Virus record (IMG/VR): IMGVR_UViG_2744054452_000001
Coordinates: 1 to 64,000 of that record
Strand: one strand, 5' to 3'
From: a virus
Lineage: Duplodnaviria; Caudoviricetes
Length of the DNA stretch: 64,000 nucleotides
Within the stretch, counting starts at the first letter, position 1. Each line of letters opens with the position of its first letter. Shown here in pieces: positions 19,820-29,100 of this stretch. The notes beneath the pieces are model-generated. The model saw only the letters and a list, made by a program, of their open reading frames with translations. It was not told the origin of the DNA and made no database searches. The position numbers were made by a program, and so were the translations under genes.

Positions 19820-20247
19820 TACTTGACCTCGGACTTGTTGAACTCGGGCAGGTCGATGGTGTCGATGGCGTGCTTGTAGATGATGGAATGCACGACCGTG
19901 TTGTTGCCAACTGAGCGCTCCATCGTCACGGTGAAGCGATCGCGGCGAACGATGATGCCGGTGATCTGCGAGCCGTTCAGACGGGTAATGGTGACGGGCT
20001 GGGCGTGATTTTGCACATGAGACAGTGCCGCGTCATGACCCTCGGGCCGAGCACGCTGCACACCTGCGCCGCCGTTGCGGGCCTGGCCCTGCTTGCCGCC
20101 GCGGGCCGCCAGTGTCATCGTGGAGCGATCGGGACGCTCGACGCGCGGAGCTGCGATGTGGCGATGGGCCAGCACGCCGGGCTCAGCCGAGGCTTGGCGG
20201 TTTGCGTCAGAGGGGAATGCTGTGTTGCCGTGGATAGGGGAGTTCAT
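19819..20247 (-). CDS. hfq: Hfq-family (Sm-like) RNA chaperone with N-terminal extension
   Basis: HDAAL...PVTITRLNGSQITGII..RDRFTV...IIYKHAIDTI aligns with Hfq Sm1/Sm2, including the YKHAI signature. Confidence 0.88.
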   Translation of the reverse strand: MNSPIHGNTAFPSDANRQASAEPGVLAHRHIAAPRVERPDRSTMTLAARGGKQGQARNGGAGVQRARPEGHDAALSHVQNHAQPVTITRLNGSQITGIIVRRDRFTVTMERSVGNNTVVHSIIYKHAIDTIDLPEFNKSEVK

Positions 20248-20345
20248 ACTGGTTCAATCATTCGGGCGTCGCCCGGTGCTCAAATTGTGTTTTTCAAGGT
20301 CTGGACTGACCAAGATGCGAGCATTCTAACTGACTCAGTTCTGAC

Positions 20346-21029
20346 TTACTTAAATTGCTTGTAGTGAAGCAATGCAGCCTCTGCTTCTGCCGGGAAGAAC
20401 CTGGTTGCCAGGGCTTCATCAAGCACGCCTTCTTTGATGAGTCGGGAGACCAGTCGATGACGGGGTGCGGCGCGCTTAGAGAGCTGATCCACGACGAACT
20501 CGATATGCGCAACTTGAACCGGGTGCTCTTCCCACTGCAGGGCAAGAAAGAAGGGTTCGCGGCTGTAGGTCAGCTCACGCGCTACCCGCTCCTTCCAAGC
20601 GTTGTAGAGGTCAACCACGCTGTCGTAGCCATACATTTGGTTGGGGCGCGGGAAGGTGCGCCATCCATTGTTGATCGCTCGTCGCATCAGGAACTGCAGC
20701 GCCCACGGGTACGGGCAGCCGATTTTGTCGAGTACCTGCCGCGCTCTCCACACAGAGTTCGCCTCCCGGCTGCGAAGTGCGTCTGCCGGAGCTATCCCAA
20801 CCACCGAGTCGGCCGTGCCGGTGTCCTTGCATGTTGCATAGAACTTCTTCGCCTGCTCGTTGTAGAAGTGCGCCCAGAGATAGGTGGCCTCAGTTGGGTG
20901 CAGAAGCCGGTAGTCAAACCATTTTCGCTGCAGCGCGTCAGGCTCCTTCTCTCTGAACTTCTCATCAATGATGAGCATGGACATTTCGTAGTGATCCCGG
21001 CTGAGTCCTGAGCCGAAGTAGGGTGTCAT
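20346..21029 (-). CDS. hypothetical phage protein
   Basis: 227-aa ORF heading the hfq-helicase operon. Confidence 0.7.
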   Translation of the reverse strand: MTPYFGSGLSRDHYEMSMLIIDEKFREKEPDALQRKWFDYRLLHPTEATYLWAHFYNEQAKKFYATCKDTGTADSVVGIAPADALRSREANSVWRARQVLDKIGCPYPWALQFLMRRAINNGWRTFPRPNQMYGYDSVVDLYNAWKERVARELTYSREPFFLALQWEEHPVQVAHIEFVVDQLSKRAAPRHRLVSRLIKEGVLDEALATRFFPAEAEAALLHYKQFK

Positions 21030-21150
21030 TTGTTCGCTGCCCCATTAAGAACGGTATTTAAGAGAGGGTTATATATAGGGGAAACGCGAAAATCGCTAAC
21101 AAAATTTTCGCTTTATGAAAAATCACCGGTAAGTTATTGAATTGAATAAT

Positions 21151-21186
21151 AAAAAAAGAACCCCGGAATGATGAATTCAGGGGTTC
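21151..21186 (-). terminator. intrinsic terminator after phoH
   Basis: GAACCCC...GGGGTTC stem with a U-run on the minus strand. Confidence 0.7.
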
Positions 21187-21205
21187 GGAACGCTTGGGAG
21201 GAAGC

Positions 21206-22069
21206 CTATCTGCCTGTTTTAATCCATGCAGGGAGGTTCACCGTCAGTAGTTTAGACAGCCCGGTAGGACGGGAACTGGACTCGTCCTGGCGGGAATACA
21301 CACCGAGCATGCTTTTGACAAACCCGGAGCGAACACAGTCTGCGATGGAGAACTCCACGACCGCGACTTCATCGAGCTTACCGGTGCGGCGGATTGCATC
21401 ACCCATGCCAGAGAGACCCTGAATGTCAGATTGATCCAGGTCGCCGCAGATCATCACCTTGCAATTCTGGCCAACTCGGGTGAGCAGCATCTTCATTTGC
21501 TCCGGCGTGGTGTTCTGCGCCTCGTCAACGATGATCCAGGCATCATTGAAGGTGCGCCCGCGCATGAATGCCAGAGGAAGGGGTTCTACCTGGCCACTCT
21601 TGAGCGCATATTCCAGTTGGCCAGCGCCCATGCTGTCCTTCATGATCTGTCGGACTGGCTCGATGTAAGGGGCGAATTTTTCATCCAGCTCGCCAGGCAG
21701 AAAGCCCAGCTTCTCGCCGGCCGCCTCGATTGCGGGTCGTGTAAGGACGATCTTGCTGATTCGCTTAGAAGTGAATGCCTCGCATGCCATTGTCACGGCA
21801 ACATAGGTCTTGCCGGTGCCCGCTGGGCCTGTTGCGAAGATAAGCTGGCTCGTATTGATCGCGGAGATCAGGAGCTTCTGATTGGCGCTCTGCGCCTGCA
21901 GCTTTTTGGCTGGCCTGCTCGGCTGGTATTCCAGCTGAGCAAGTGCATTTGTAAGGTGTGAGTTCACCGGATCGCCCCGGCCAATGCGCCCACTTTTGTT
22001 ATTTTTGTTCTTATGGTTGCTTGCGCTTGCCATCGTCATCTCCAGTGAACTCAGGAACGAACTATACAT
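21206..22069 (-). CDS. phoH: PhoH-family ATPase
   Basis: GPAGTGKT, TRPAIE, LGFLPG, RGRTF, DEAQN, GDLDQSD. Confidence 0.95.
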   Translation of the reverse strand: MYSSFLSSLEMTMASASNHKNKNNKSGRIGRGDPVNSHLTNALAQLEYQPSRPAKKLQAQSANQKLLISAINTSQLIFATGPAGTGKTYVAVTMACEAFTSKRISKIVLTRPAIEAAGEKLGFLPGELDEKFAPYIEPVRQIMKDSMGAGQLEYALKSGQVEPLPLAFMRGRTFNDAWIIVDEAQNTTPEQMKMLLTRVGQNCKVMICGDLDQSDIQGLSGMGDAIRRTGKLDEVAVVEFSIADCVRSGFVKSMLGVYSRQDESSSRPTGLSKLLTVNLPAWIKTGR

Positions 22070-22135
22070 AGTCAGTCCTGACTTACCTATAAGGCAAATG
22101 AAGAAAGTTGAAATATTTTTTCATTTCCACCTTCT

Positions 22136-22155
22136 TCACGTAAGTTACATTAAAT
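22136..22155. repeat. 20-bp direct repeat, copy 2
   Basis: Identical to 11966-11985. Confidence 0.85.
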
Positions 22156-22165
22156 CCAGATGCGA

Positions 22166-22188
22166 GAAAGCCCGCGCAATGGCGGGCT
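22166..22188 (-). terminator. intrinsic terminator at the end of the late operon
   Basis: AAGCCCGC...GCGGGCTTT. Confidence 0.7.
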
Positions 22189-22193
22189 TGTCG

Positions 22194-22409
22194 TCACTTC
22201 TTGGCCGAAAAGCGAGCTATGCGGTCTGCCAAAACTCCCTGCAGCTGGGTCATCAACCCAGACTGACGCACCAGCAGCTTTGAGTCCTCCCAATCGAGCT
22301 TCGCAAACGCTTCGCCCGCAATGAACGAATTGAGCTTGGCCAGGCGTTCGTCCAGCTCGTTCTTCTCATGCACGACTCGCAGCTCGTGCGGCATCAGGCC
22401 GGCGGTCAC
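22194..22409 (-). CDS. small helical protein, crAss001_48-like
   Basis: PHELRVVHEKNELDERLAKLNSFI...LLVRQ..LM...LADRIARF; GTGA coupling at 22409. Confidence 0.7.
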   Translation of the reverse strand: MTAGLMPHELRVVHEKNELDERLAKLNSFIAGEAFAKLDWEDSKLLVRQSGLMTQLQGVLADRIARFSAKK

Positions 22410-22756
22410 AGGCGGCCGTCCTTCTTGGCCAGCTCTGTGAGCAGTTGAAAGCCCATCGGTTGCCACATCTGGCGCACGGCGTCCTCGCGGGCGTAATGGC
22501 GGCCCAGCTCGGCGTCGAAGTTCTTGGGCGAAACAACCTGGCTCTTGCCGACGATGGTGCCGCCGTTAGCCAGCGTGAAGATGCAGAAGGTCAGCAGCTC
22601 CAGTGGCTTGAGGTCGGCGTCCATGCCAAGTGGCACTTCCTTACCGACGTATGTGCCGGCCTCGATCGCTCCGTTGCGGCCGTCAGCGGCAGTGAAATAG
22701 TGCTCGCTCACGATGAAGGCTTCAATATCAGCCAGGGTCACTTTTGGGGCGTTCAT
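22406..22756 (-). CDS. N4 gp49/Sf6 gp66-family protein
   Basis: LTFCIFTLANGGTIVGKSQVVSPKNFDAELGRHYAREDAVRQMW. Confidence 0.85.
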   Translation of the reverse strand: MNAPKVTLADIEAFIVSEHYFTAADGRNGAIEAGTYVGKEVPLGMDADLKPLELLTFCIFTLANGGTIVGKSQVVSPKNFDAELGRHYAREDAVRQMWQPMGFQLLTELAKKDGRL

Positions 22757-23376
22757 TCGCCACTCTCCTTGTTGTTGTTATTGGTGCAATAGGTCTGCAC
22801 CCAGCCCACCAGCTTGTCGTGCTTCACGGCAAGGGCTAGATAGGTCTGTGAGCTTTCCTGGTCGCTCAGTGCAAGGTCTGCCCACGTAGGGGCTTGAGGC
22901 CCGGTGCCGGCGTCATCAGCTCGGCCGGCAGCGGCGGCAGCTGGTGCCCTGCCCGCACGTAGATCGGGGTTGGTTTTTGCACGGGCTTCGTTGAGCAGGC
23001 TGACAATGCCAGGATCGACGCGGCTGCCGCCCATCGAATCAGCCTTACAGGATTGAGATCCACTTTTCTTCCCTTCGTTGAGATATGCGGCAAGCTCGCG
23101 CTTCGCCCGGGTTGCGTCACCGCCCAGCCTTGCAATCTCTGCCTCGGCTCGTTCGCGGTAGTCGCTGGATGCGCGTGCGCGGGCTTCATCAATGGCCTCT
23201 TGCTTGCGCTTTTCCTCACCGGACTTTTGGGCGTATTCGTTGACCGCCTGGGTGTACCCAGCGGCTGTGCCCTGCAGACGACCTTCGATCTCGCCGGCGG
23301 CCCTGCCCTCTTGATAGGTCAGGAAGACCGTGAGCACTGCAGCGCCAGCGATCGCGGCTTTCGACAACCAGGTCAT
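22753..23376 (-). CDS. i-spanin (Rz-like)
   Basis: N-terminal TM segment, coiled coil, located after the holin. Confidence 0.75.
   Translation of the reverse strand: MTWLSKAAIAGAAVLTVFLTYQEGRAAGEIEGRLQGTAAGYTQAVNEYAQKSGEEKRKQEAIDEARARASSDYRERAEAEIARLGGDATRAKRELAAYLNEGKKSGSQSCKADSMGGSRVDPGIVSLLNEARAKTNPDLRAGRAPAAAAAGRADDAGTGPQAPTWADLALSDQESSQTYLALAVKHDKLVGWVQTYCTNNNNKESGE
22866..23063 (-). CDS. o-spanin lipoprotein (Rz1-like), embedded in Rz
   Basis: GTG 23063, signal RWAAAASILALSA|C lipobox, Pro-rich mature part. Confidence 0.8.
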   Translation of the reverse strand: MDLNPVRLIRWAAAASILALSACSTKPVQKPTPIYVRAGHQLPPLPAELMTPAPGLKPLRGQTLH

Positions 23377-23741
23377 TCGCTGTCCTTGTCTTCCTGGCGG
23401 TTCTGCGCGGCGCGCTCACCGAACCAGAAGCCCACCAGGGTCGCCACGATTGGGCCGATACCGTTCATGTATGCCTCTGCGGTAATGTCGTGGCGGTACC
23501 AGGCCATCGTGCAGACCACGGTGAATGCCGTGGCGAACATCACGGTCATGAACGGCCGCGCGGCGGCATTGAGCACCTGCATCCAGGTTAGTGCCGTGGT
23601 TGCTTGCTCGCGCTCTGCCAGCGCCAGCTGCGTGCGTTCGCGGGCGGTGCGCGGGGCACCCCCCTCAATGCGAGGCGTCACGTTGAGCGCGCGGCCGGCG
23701 GCAGGGTCGTTGGGGATCAGGGGTTCGCGGTCGTCTTTCAT
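23373..23741 (-). CDS. putative holin
   Basis: ARP motif and two TM helices ending GFWFGER; coupled to the endolysin gene. Confidence 0.75.
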   Translation of the reverse strand: MKDDREPLIPNDPAAGRALNVTPRIEGGAPRTARERTQLALAEREQATTALTWMQVLNAAARPFMTVMFATAFTVVCTMAWYRHDITAEAYMNGIGPIVATLVGFWFGERAAQNRQEDKDSE

Positions 23742-24229
23742 GGCACCAGCCCCGCGAGGTATTGGGTCTTTTTGCCCGGGCTGAACTTGGCGGTCAGTAC
23801 CTGGCGCTTTGTGCCGACACTGATGTGAACCCAGCTCCCCTCCCAGATCAGTTGGCCAAACACAATGTTCGATTTCTGGATTGCGCGGCAGATCTCGAGC
23901 GGCGTGCCGTAGCGCGGGCATGTGAAATCGGCAGCCAGGCCCAGCAGGTGATCGCTGTTTTTGGATCCACCGACCGCAGCATTGACTTCGGGCGAGCGAT
24001 AGCCGGAGCTGACGTGAATCACCTTGTTGCCCAGCAGGGAGCGCACTTGCTCCAGCAGTTGAGCTACCTTGAACAGATTGCGCAGGGCGTCTTGGTCAGG
24101 GATGTTGGACAGCCCCTTGCGCGTTGCGGTGTCGCTGCGTGTGAACTCCTGCAGCATGAAGTGAAGGGAAAGCTCAAGCGGGCGCTTGGCTGCGTCTGTG
24201 CGCAGCACGTTCTGGGTCGAAGCACTCAT
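23738..24229 (-). CDS. endolysin, peptidase M15A
   Basis: SSGYRS, SDHLLGLAADF, WVHIS. Confidence 0.92.
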   Translation of the reverse strand: MSASTQNVLRTDAAKRPLELSLHFMLQEFTRSDTATRKGLSNIPDQDALRNLFKVAQLLEQVRSLLGNKVIHVSSGYRSPEVNAAVGGSKNSDHLLGLAADFTCPRYGTPLEICRAIQKSNIVFGQLIWEGSWVHISVGTKRQVLTAKFSPGKKTQYLAGLVP

Positions 24230-24567
24230 TGGCCAGCACCCTTCTGCAGGATGGGCAGTACCCAGGCAAAGGCTGCTGCGCCGCCGGCAGCCCACATGGC
24301 GCGCACAAGCCAGATGGTCGTTTGAACACGGGTTTTGTCGCGCTCGTACTCGATGTAAATGTCCCGAACGGACTTCTCGACGGTGTCCAGCCGGCGCTCA
24401 ACGCGGTCGTGGAACTTCTGCATCATGGCGATGCGCTCGTCAATCACGGTGATGCGCTGCATGGCTTCTGTCATGCGGCGCATCAGCTCTTTCATTTCAC
24501 CCAGCTCGTCTGCCAGGTGCTTGAGGTCGCGCTGAGTGGCGACATTCTGGTCTGTTGTGGTTGTCAT
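24226..24567 (-). CDS. lysis-cassette membrane protein (coiled coil + C-terminal TM)
   Basis: Coupled to the endolysin gene. Confidence 0.65.
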   Translation of the reverse strand: MTTTTDQNVATQRDLKHLADELGEMKELMRRMTEAMQRITVIDERIAMMQKFHDRVERRLDTVEKSVRDIYIEYERDKTRVQTTIWLVRAMWAAGGAAAFAWVLPILQKGAGQ

Positions 24568-24639
24568 TATTCTTATAGTCCACTTAGTAAGTAAGTCAAA
24601 ACTGACTTCTTAAAAAGCGGAGTATATAGACATGACGGA

Positions 24640-24894
24640 CTATTTACCAGTCGCTACCAATGCCTTGGGCGAGTGCTCGCGTGCCAGCTCTGCGCTGTAG
24701 GCTCCCCGGCAGTGGTTTGACTGCCAGAAAAAGAGTGCATTCACCACGGCGACGAAAACGCCCCACTTTCGGCTGCCGGCCGTCTTCATGCGCCAGGCGC
24801 GGGAGCAAATGGTCTCATCAGGCATGCCTGCCCAGAGAGTGTTCCAGAGCTGGCTCAGGGCAATGCCTACATGGCCAAGGTAGTTTTTCATCAT
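24640..24894 (-). CDS. small phage protein
   Basis: G.PDETICSRAWR...LFFWQSNHC motif, common near tail genes. Confidence 0.7.
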   Translation of the reverse strand: MMKNYLGHVGIALSQLWNTLWAGMPDETICSRAWRMKTAGSRKWGVFVAVVNALFFWQSNHCRGAYSAELAREHSPKALVATGK

Positions 24895-24908
24895 GCTTCC
24901 TTTTCTAT

Positions 24909-25625
24909 TTAATTGATGATGGGTCGAGGTGTTATTTCGGTCGGCGTATCGCCTGGCTCATACGTGTCTTCTGGTGCATCTACTGGTGGCTGCGGGGTCG
25001 GCTCTGGCACACCTGGGTTTGATGGCACGGCATCTTCGACGCCTTCCCAGATGCATCCCCTCACCTCCTGAACGGTGGTCGCCTCCATGATGCGTTCACG
25101 CAGCTCGCGCGCCTTGACATGCAGTGAGCTTGCGTACAGGGCGAATGCCGCGGGCATGCCAATCACGTCCTCCCGGGATAGCTCGATGGTCGAGTTGTCG
25201 GCGCAGACCCAGAGGGTTGAGAAATCCTGGTCGAAGAATTTTGCAGCGATCGCCGCCTGCGCAGTGGTGTTAATGCGGGACGCGCTGCGTTCGTCGGAGT
25301 CGAACACCCTCCCCTTGTACGGAAAGCCCCTGGTTTCAAGACCGTCGCGGATTCGGACGATGGCGGCCCAGCGTGCAGCCTGTTCTTCTTCTAGCGGGCT
25401 CTGGTATGGGCCTGAGTCGATGATGCCCTCGGCAAAGAGCCTGGCGCGGGTCTTGCTGTAGACCTCCGATGTGAGTTCTGTGTATTCGCCGTCAATCTTC
25501 ACGGAGCGAAATCCAAGCGACTGCTGAATCCCGTCCATATCGAAAGAGGTCAGCGCTGTGCCGACCCACGAAAACCCGTCGCCAGGATTGCATGCGACAC
25601 TGCTGATGCTAAAGTTTCTTTTCAT
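24909..25625 (-). CDS. DUF4376-like tail-associated protein
   Basis: RDGLETRGFPYKGRVFDSDERS...WVCADNS. Confidence 0.75.
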   Translation of the reverse strand: MKRNFSISSVACNPGDGFSWVGTALTSFDMDGIQQSLGFRSVKIDGEYTELTSEVYSKTRARLFAEGIIDSGPYQSPLEEEQAARWAAIVRIRDGLETRGFPYKGRVFDSDERSASRINTTAQAAIAAKFFDQDFSTLWVCADNSTIELSREDVIGMPAAFALYASSLHVKARELRERIMEATTVQEVRGCIWEGVEDAVPSNPGVPEPTPQPPVDAPEDTYEPGDTPTEITPRPIIN

Positions 25626-25628
25626 TTT

Positions 25629-26120
25629 TTAACCGCCTGTTTGTTCGTAGTTGAACCAAGTTCTGTAGCCAGTGTTGAGATACGCGGCCTTTCCATTTGC
25701 AAAGGTCACATAGATTTGAATGTCATGCCCGACCGGGCCGCCGGAGCCGAATGCGCTAATGTTGATCTGGGCAGCGCCAGCAACGCTGCACTGCATAAGG
25801 AGCTCATAGCCGGGGGTATAGGCGGTTGACGCCCAATTGGTCATATTTGCGAAAACAACGGATGTAATGGCTCCATTGTTTGTGGCGACGTATATGTAGG
25901 CTCCGCTTGTCCCCCTCTGCTCGTAGTAGTCGAGCCATGTAATTCCCGACACGTAGGCATAGGAGTTGGTCTTTCCCTGCAGGTTCGCCATGGAAATGGA
26001 GCCGCTTGGCACGCCGGCAAGGGAGCGCACTCGTGAGTCGTTCAGATTGAGCCCGCCTGCGCCGATGCCAAGCTCAGCGGCAACTTGCGCCATAGTGATC
26101 TGGCCTGTTGGAAGAGTCAT
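25629..26120 (-). CDS. tail-fibre-associated protein
   Basis: LPTGQITMAQVAAELG...ISMANLQGK N-terminus, typical of genes after tail fibres. Confidence 0.65.
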   Translation of the reverse strand: MTLPTGQITMAQVAAELGIGAGGLNLNDSRVRSLAGVPSGSISMANLQGKTNSYAYVSGITWLDYYEQRGTSGAYIYVATNNGAITSVVFANMTNWASTAYTPGYELLMQCSVAGAAQINISAFGSGGPVGHDIQIYVTFANGKAAYLNTGYRTWFNYEQTGG

Positions 26121-26159
26121 GATGGGCGGCCATGGCCGCCCTCCTTTCCTTGTAAGAAT

Positions 26160-29100
26160 TTACTTTGTACGAATGGCCGCTTCGAGGCTTGCCAGGCGCA
26201 GTTCAAGCGCTTGGTTTTTCTCGTCCAGCTCCTTGATCGCCTCGACCAAATGAGGCACCAAGCGCTCGTACTTGAGGGTCAGGTAGAACTTGCCGGTTTT
26301 GGATTCGCCCTTCACCGCTGTACGGTCGAATGGAGCCTGCTCAACCACCTCGGGAATGATCGCCTGCACGTCCTGAGCCAGCAGGCCGACCTCGGCCTTT
26401 TCCGGGTCGTAGCCATACTTCGCGCCCAGCTTGTTGGCGTGGTAGTGGTAGCCGGTCAGCTGTGCAACGGCTGCCAGCGCACCCTTGATCGGCTTGAGCT
26501 TGGTCTTGAGGCGCTTGTCGGAGTAGTAGGCGGTGACGTTGCCCGTGAACGCGCCCTCATTGCCGACATACAGCGCCTTGCCGTTGTAGACCCGCACCCA
26601 GGTGGAGTCCTGCATCATCATGCCGCCGCCGTATGACTCGCTGTACCAGCCGCAGTTGCCGGTCGTGCGCAGCCAGTCGCTCACGTAGATGCGGGTCGCG
26701 TTAACGCTATTGGCAACATTCCAGTTGCCGCTGTTGTCCATTGCGCAGCCGCCGACATTTGGCTTGTAAAAGCCGATTGCGCCGGAGTTGCCATATGCAT
26801 AGCCGCCACTGCTCGTGAAGAACAACTGCCCTTCACCAGAAGATGTGATCTTTACAGAGCCCGTGACCTCCAGACCGTTGCTGTCGGCACGCAGAAGCTG
26901 TGTGGTTACGTTGGTGCCCGCATTGATGTTGGCAGCACTTGCCCACGACAAATGCCAGCTTTCGCCAAGTTGACCGATGGCAAAGGAGTTGCCACCAGCT
27001 GTCTTTTGCGATGCCCATGCGTGCCAGGAGGATGCAGTGGAGGGGCTGAACACAATAGCGGCCTGGCCGCGGCCGGTGCCGTCAATCCACGATGCGGCGG
27101 CTGTTGGCAGCGTCATAGCGCCCGACACATTGGCAGAGCCGTCGAAGCTCACGCCATTGATGGTGCGCTCGATAGCCAGTTTGGTCGCCGTGCTGGCGTT
27201 GCCTGTCAGCGGGCCGTTGAAACCAGCCGCGAACACCTGGCCAGCAAAGCCAGCGCCGCCCTTGACGATCAGGGAGCCAGTTGTTGTGCTGGTTGCGGCA
27301 GTCGTGGCATTGACGCGCAAAATACCGCTCAGCAAGTTCTCAGACTCGCCGGTCGAATAGATGCCATAGCGCACCCCGGAGAATGTGCCCGAGATACCGA
27401 CCTTGATGCCATATGCGGTCGTTGCCGTGCCCGCCTGATTGCGCACATATGCCTCGTAGCCAATCATGTTGGTGGCGACAGCGGTGGAGTTATTCAGGTG
27501 GGGGTAGCTGTAGTTGCCAATGACAGTCGTAGCGGTCTGGTTGGCAGCACTCAACAGCGAGTAACCGCGCACGCCCTCAATGCGGCCGGTGACTTGCTCG
27601 GTGACAGTGCCTCCTGTTGGCTGTGAGACGACCGCATAACCCCGCACACCGTACAGCTCCTGGGTATGTGCACCGTCAATCGCATCCTGCGCCTCAAAGT
27701 GACCCGCAACGGTCGTCATGTTGAACCCCAGCTCCTTGCCGTTGGCATAGGTGAGGTAAGAGCGAATGCGGGCATATTCCCCGTAAGCGGTACGGGACGC
27801 CGTCAGTGCCCCGTCCTTCACATCGACAAGAATGCGGGAGCCGAAGGGGCTGGAGTTTGCCACGATGGTGTTCTGCAGCACGTCAAGCTGGACACTCGAT
27901 GCGGAAGACGTGCCAATACCAACGCGATCACCAAAGACGCTGACGCCCTTGACGCCCACACCGCCCAGCACACGCAGGGCGCCATCAGTTGCGTCAGTCT
28001 TGCTCGCAATAGAGGTGCTTCGGATGGTTGCTGCAGCGGTGGTCTCAAACATCGAGGCGACAACCTGGAGCACGCCGCCGGCCGAGCCCGTCGTGCCGCC
28101 GTAAGCCATGATGCGGGAGTCGTAATCGACAACAGACGTTCCACTGTGGAAGTCGATATAGGGCGTGGTCGCCACGGTGCCGTTGATGTCGCCAATCTCG
28201 ATAGCTGCGCTCTTGCCGGTTGCCACGATGGAGAGTGAGTCGCTGATCGTTGGGCTGGTACTCAGCACCACGTTACCCGAGCCGGTTGACGTGGTGGTGC
28301 CGGTGCCGCCGCGGGCGACGGGAAGGGTGCCGGCGCTGATGTTCCCTGCGTTCAGCGAGGTCAGGGCCGCGCCGTTGCCGCTGAATGTGGATGCCGCGAG
28401 GTTGCCGTCCCAAATACCATTGCCGTTTTCATCCAGCAGCACCGCGTTCTTGCTAACCGAGTTCGTGTTGGCATCGACGTTGGCCTTGGTCATGTAGTAG
28501 GCGCGCAGCGTGCCCTGGTAGGTCGCAAGACCAATGGAGCCACTGGTCGTATTACCAGCCAGGAACGGCATGAACGCACCAGCTGTCGAGTTCGACGGCT
28601 GCAGGATGGAGCCACCTGCGCGCAGGCTTGCAACGTAGCTCGTGCCAGTTGCAGAGGTGAAGCCATTGATCGTAGAGACCTGGCCGGGGAAGTTCGTGTT
28701 GCCGTTCTCGTCCAAGAGCGCGGCCTGGCGCTTGATTGCGGCAAACGATCCCGTGTACTGGCGCACATAAATCTGCTCAGATCCGTCATCGGCAGTGGCC
28801 AGCTCGGCAAAGCCGTTGTTCGTGGACGTGGCACCAACACCCAGGCGGAACGCATCGCTGCCGCCCATCTTCGCGTAGATGATCGGGGCAACCACGTTCG
28901 ACACATTGGCGGCCGTCATCGAAATGTAGCTATTGGGGTCGTCAGGAACTACAAACTTCTTGCCTGGTTTCAGCTCCAGGTCGATTGAGTCGGTAAGGAC
29001 GCGCTCCCATTCAGACCAGTCGGAAACAGGCGTTCCCGTTGCGTCGTTGCCGCGAACAAAGAGCGCCTTGCCGTTGTTCAGGATCTGGGCAACGTCATTT

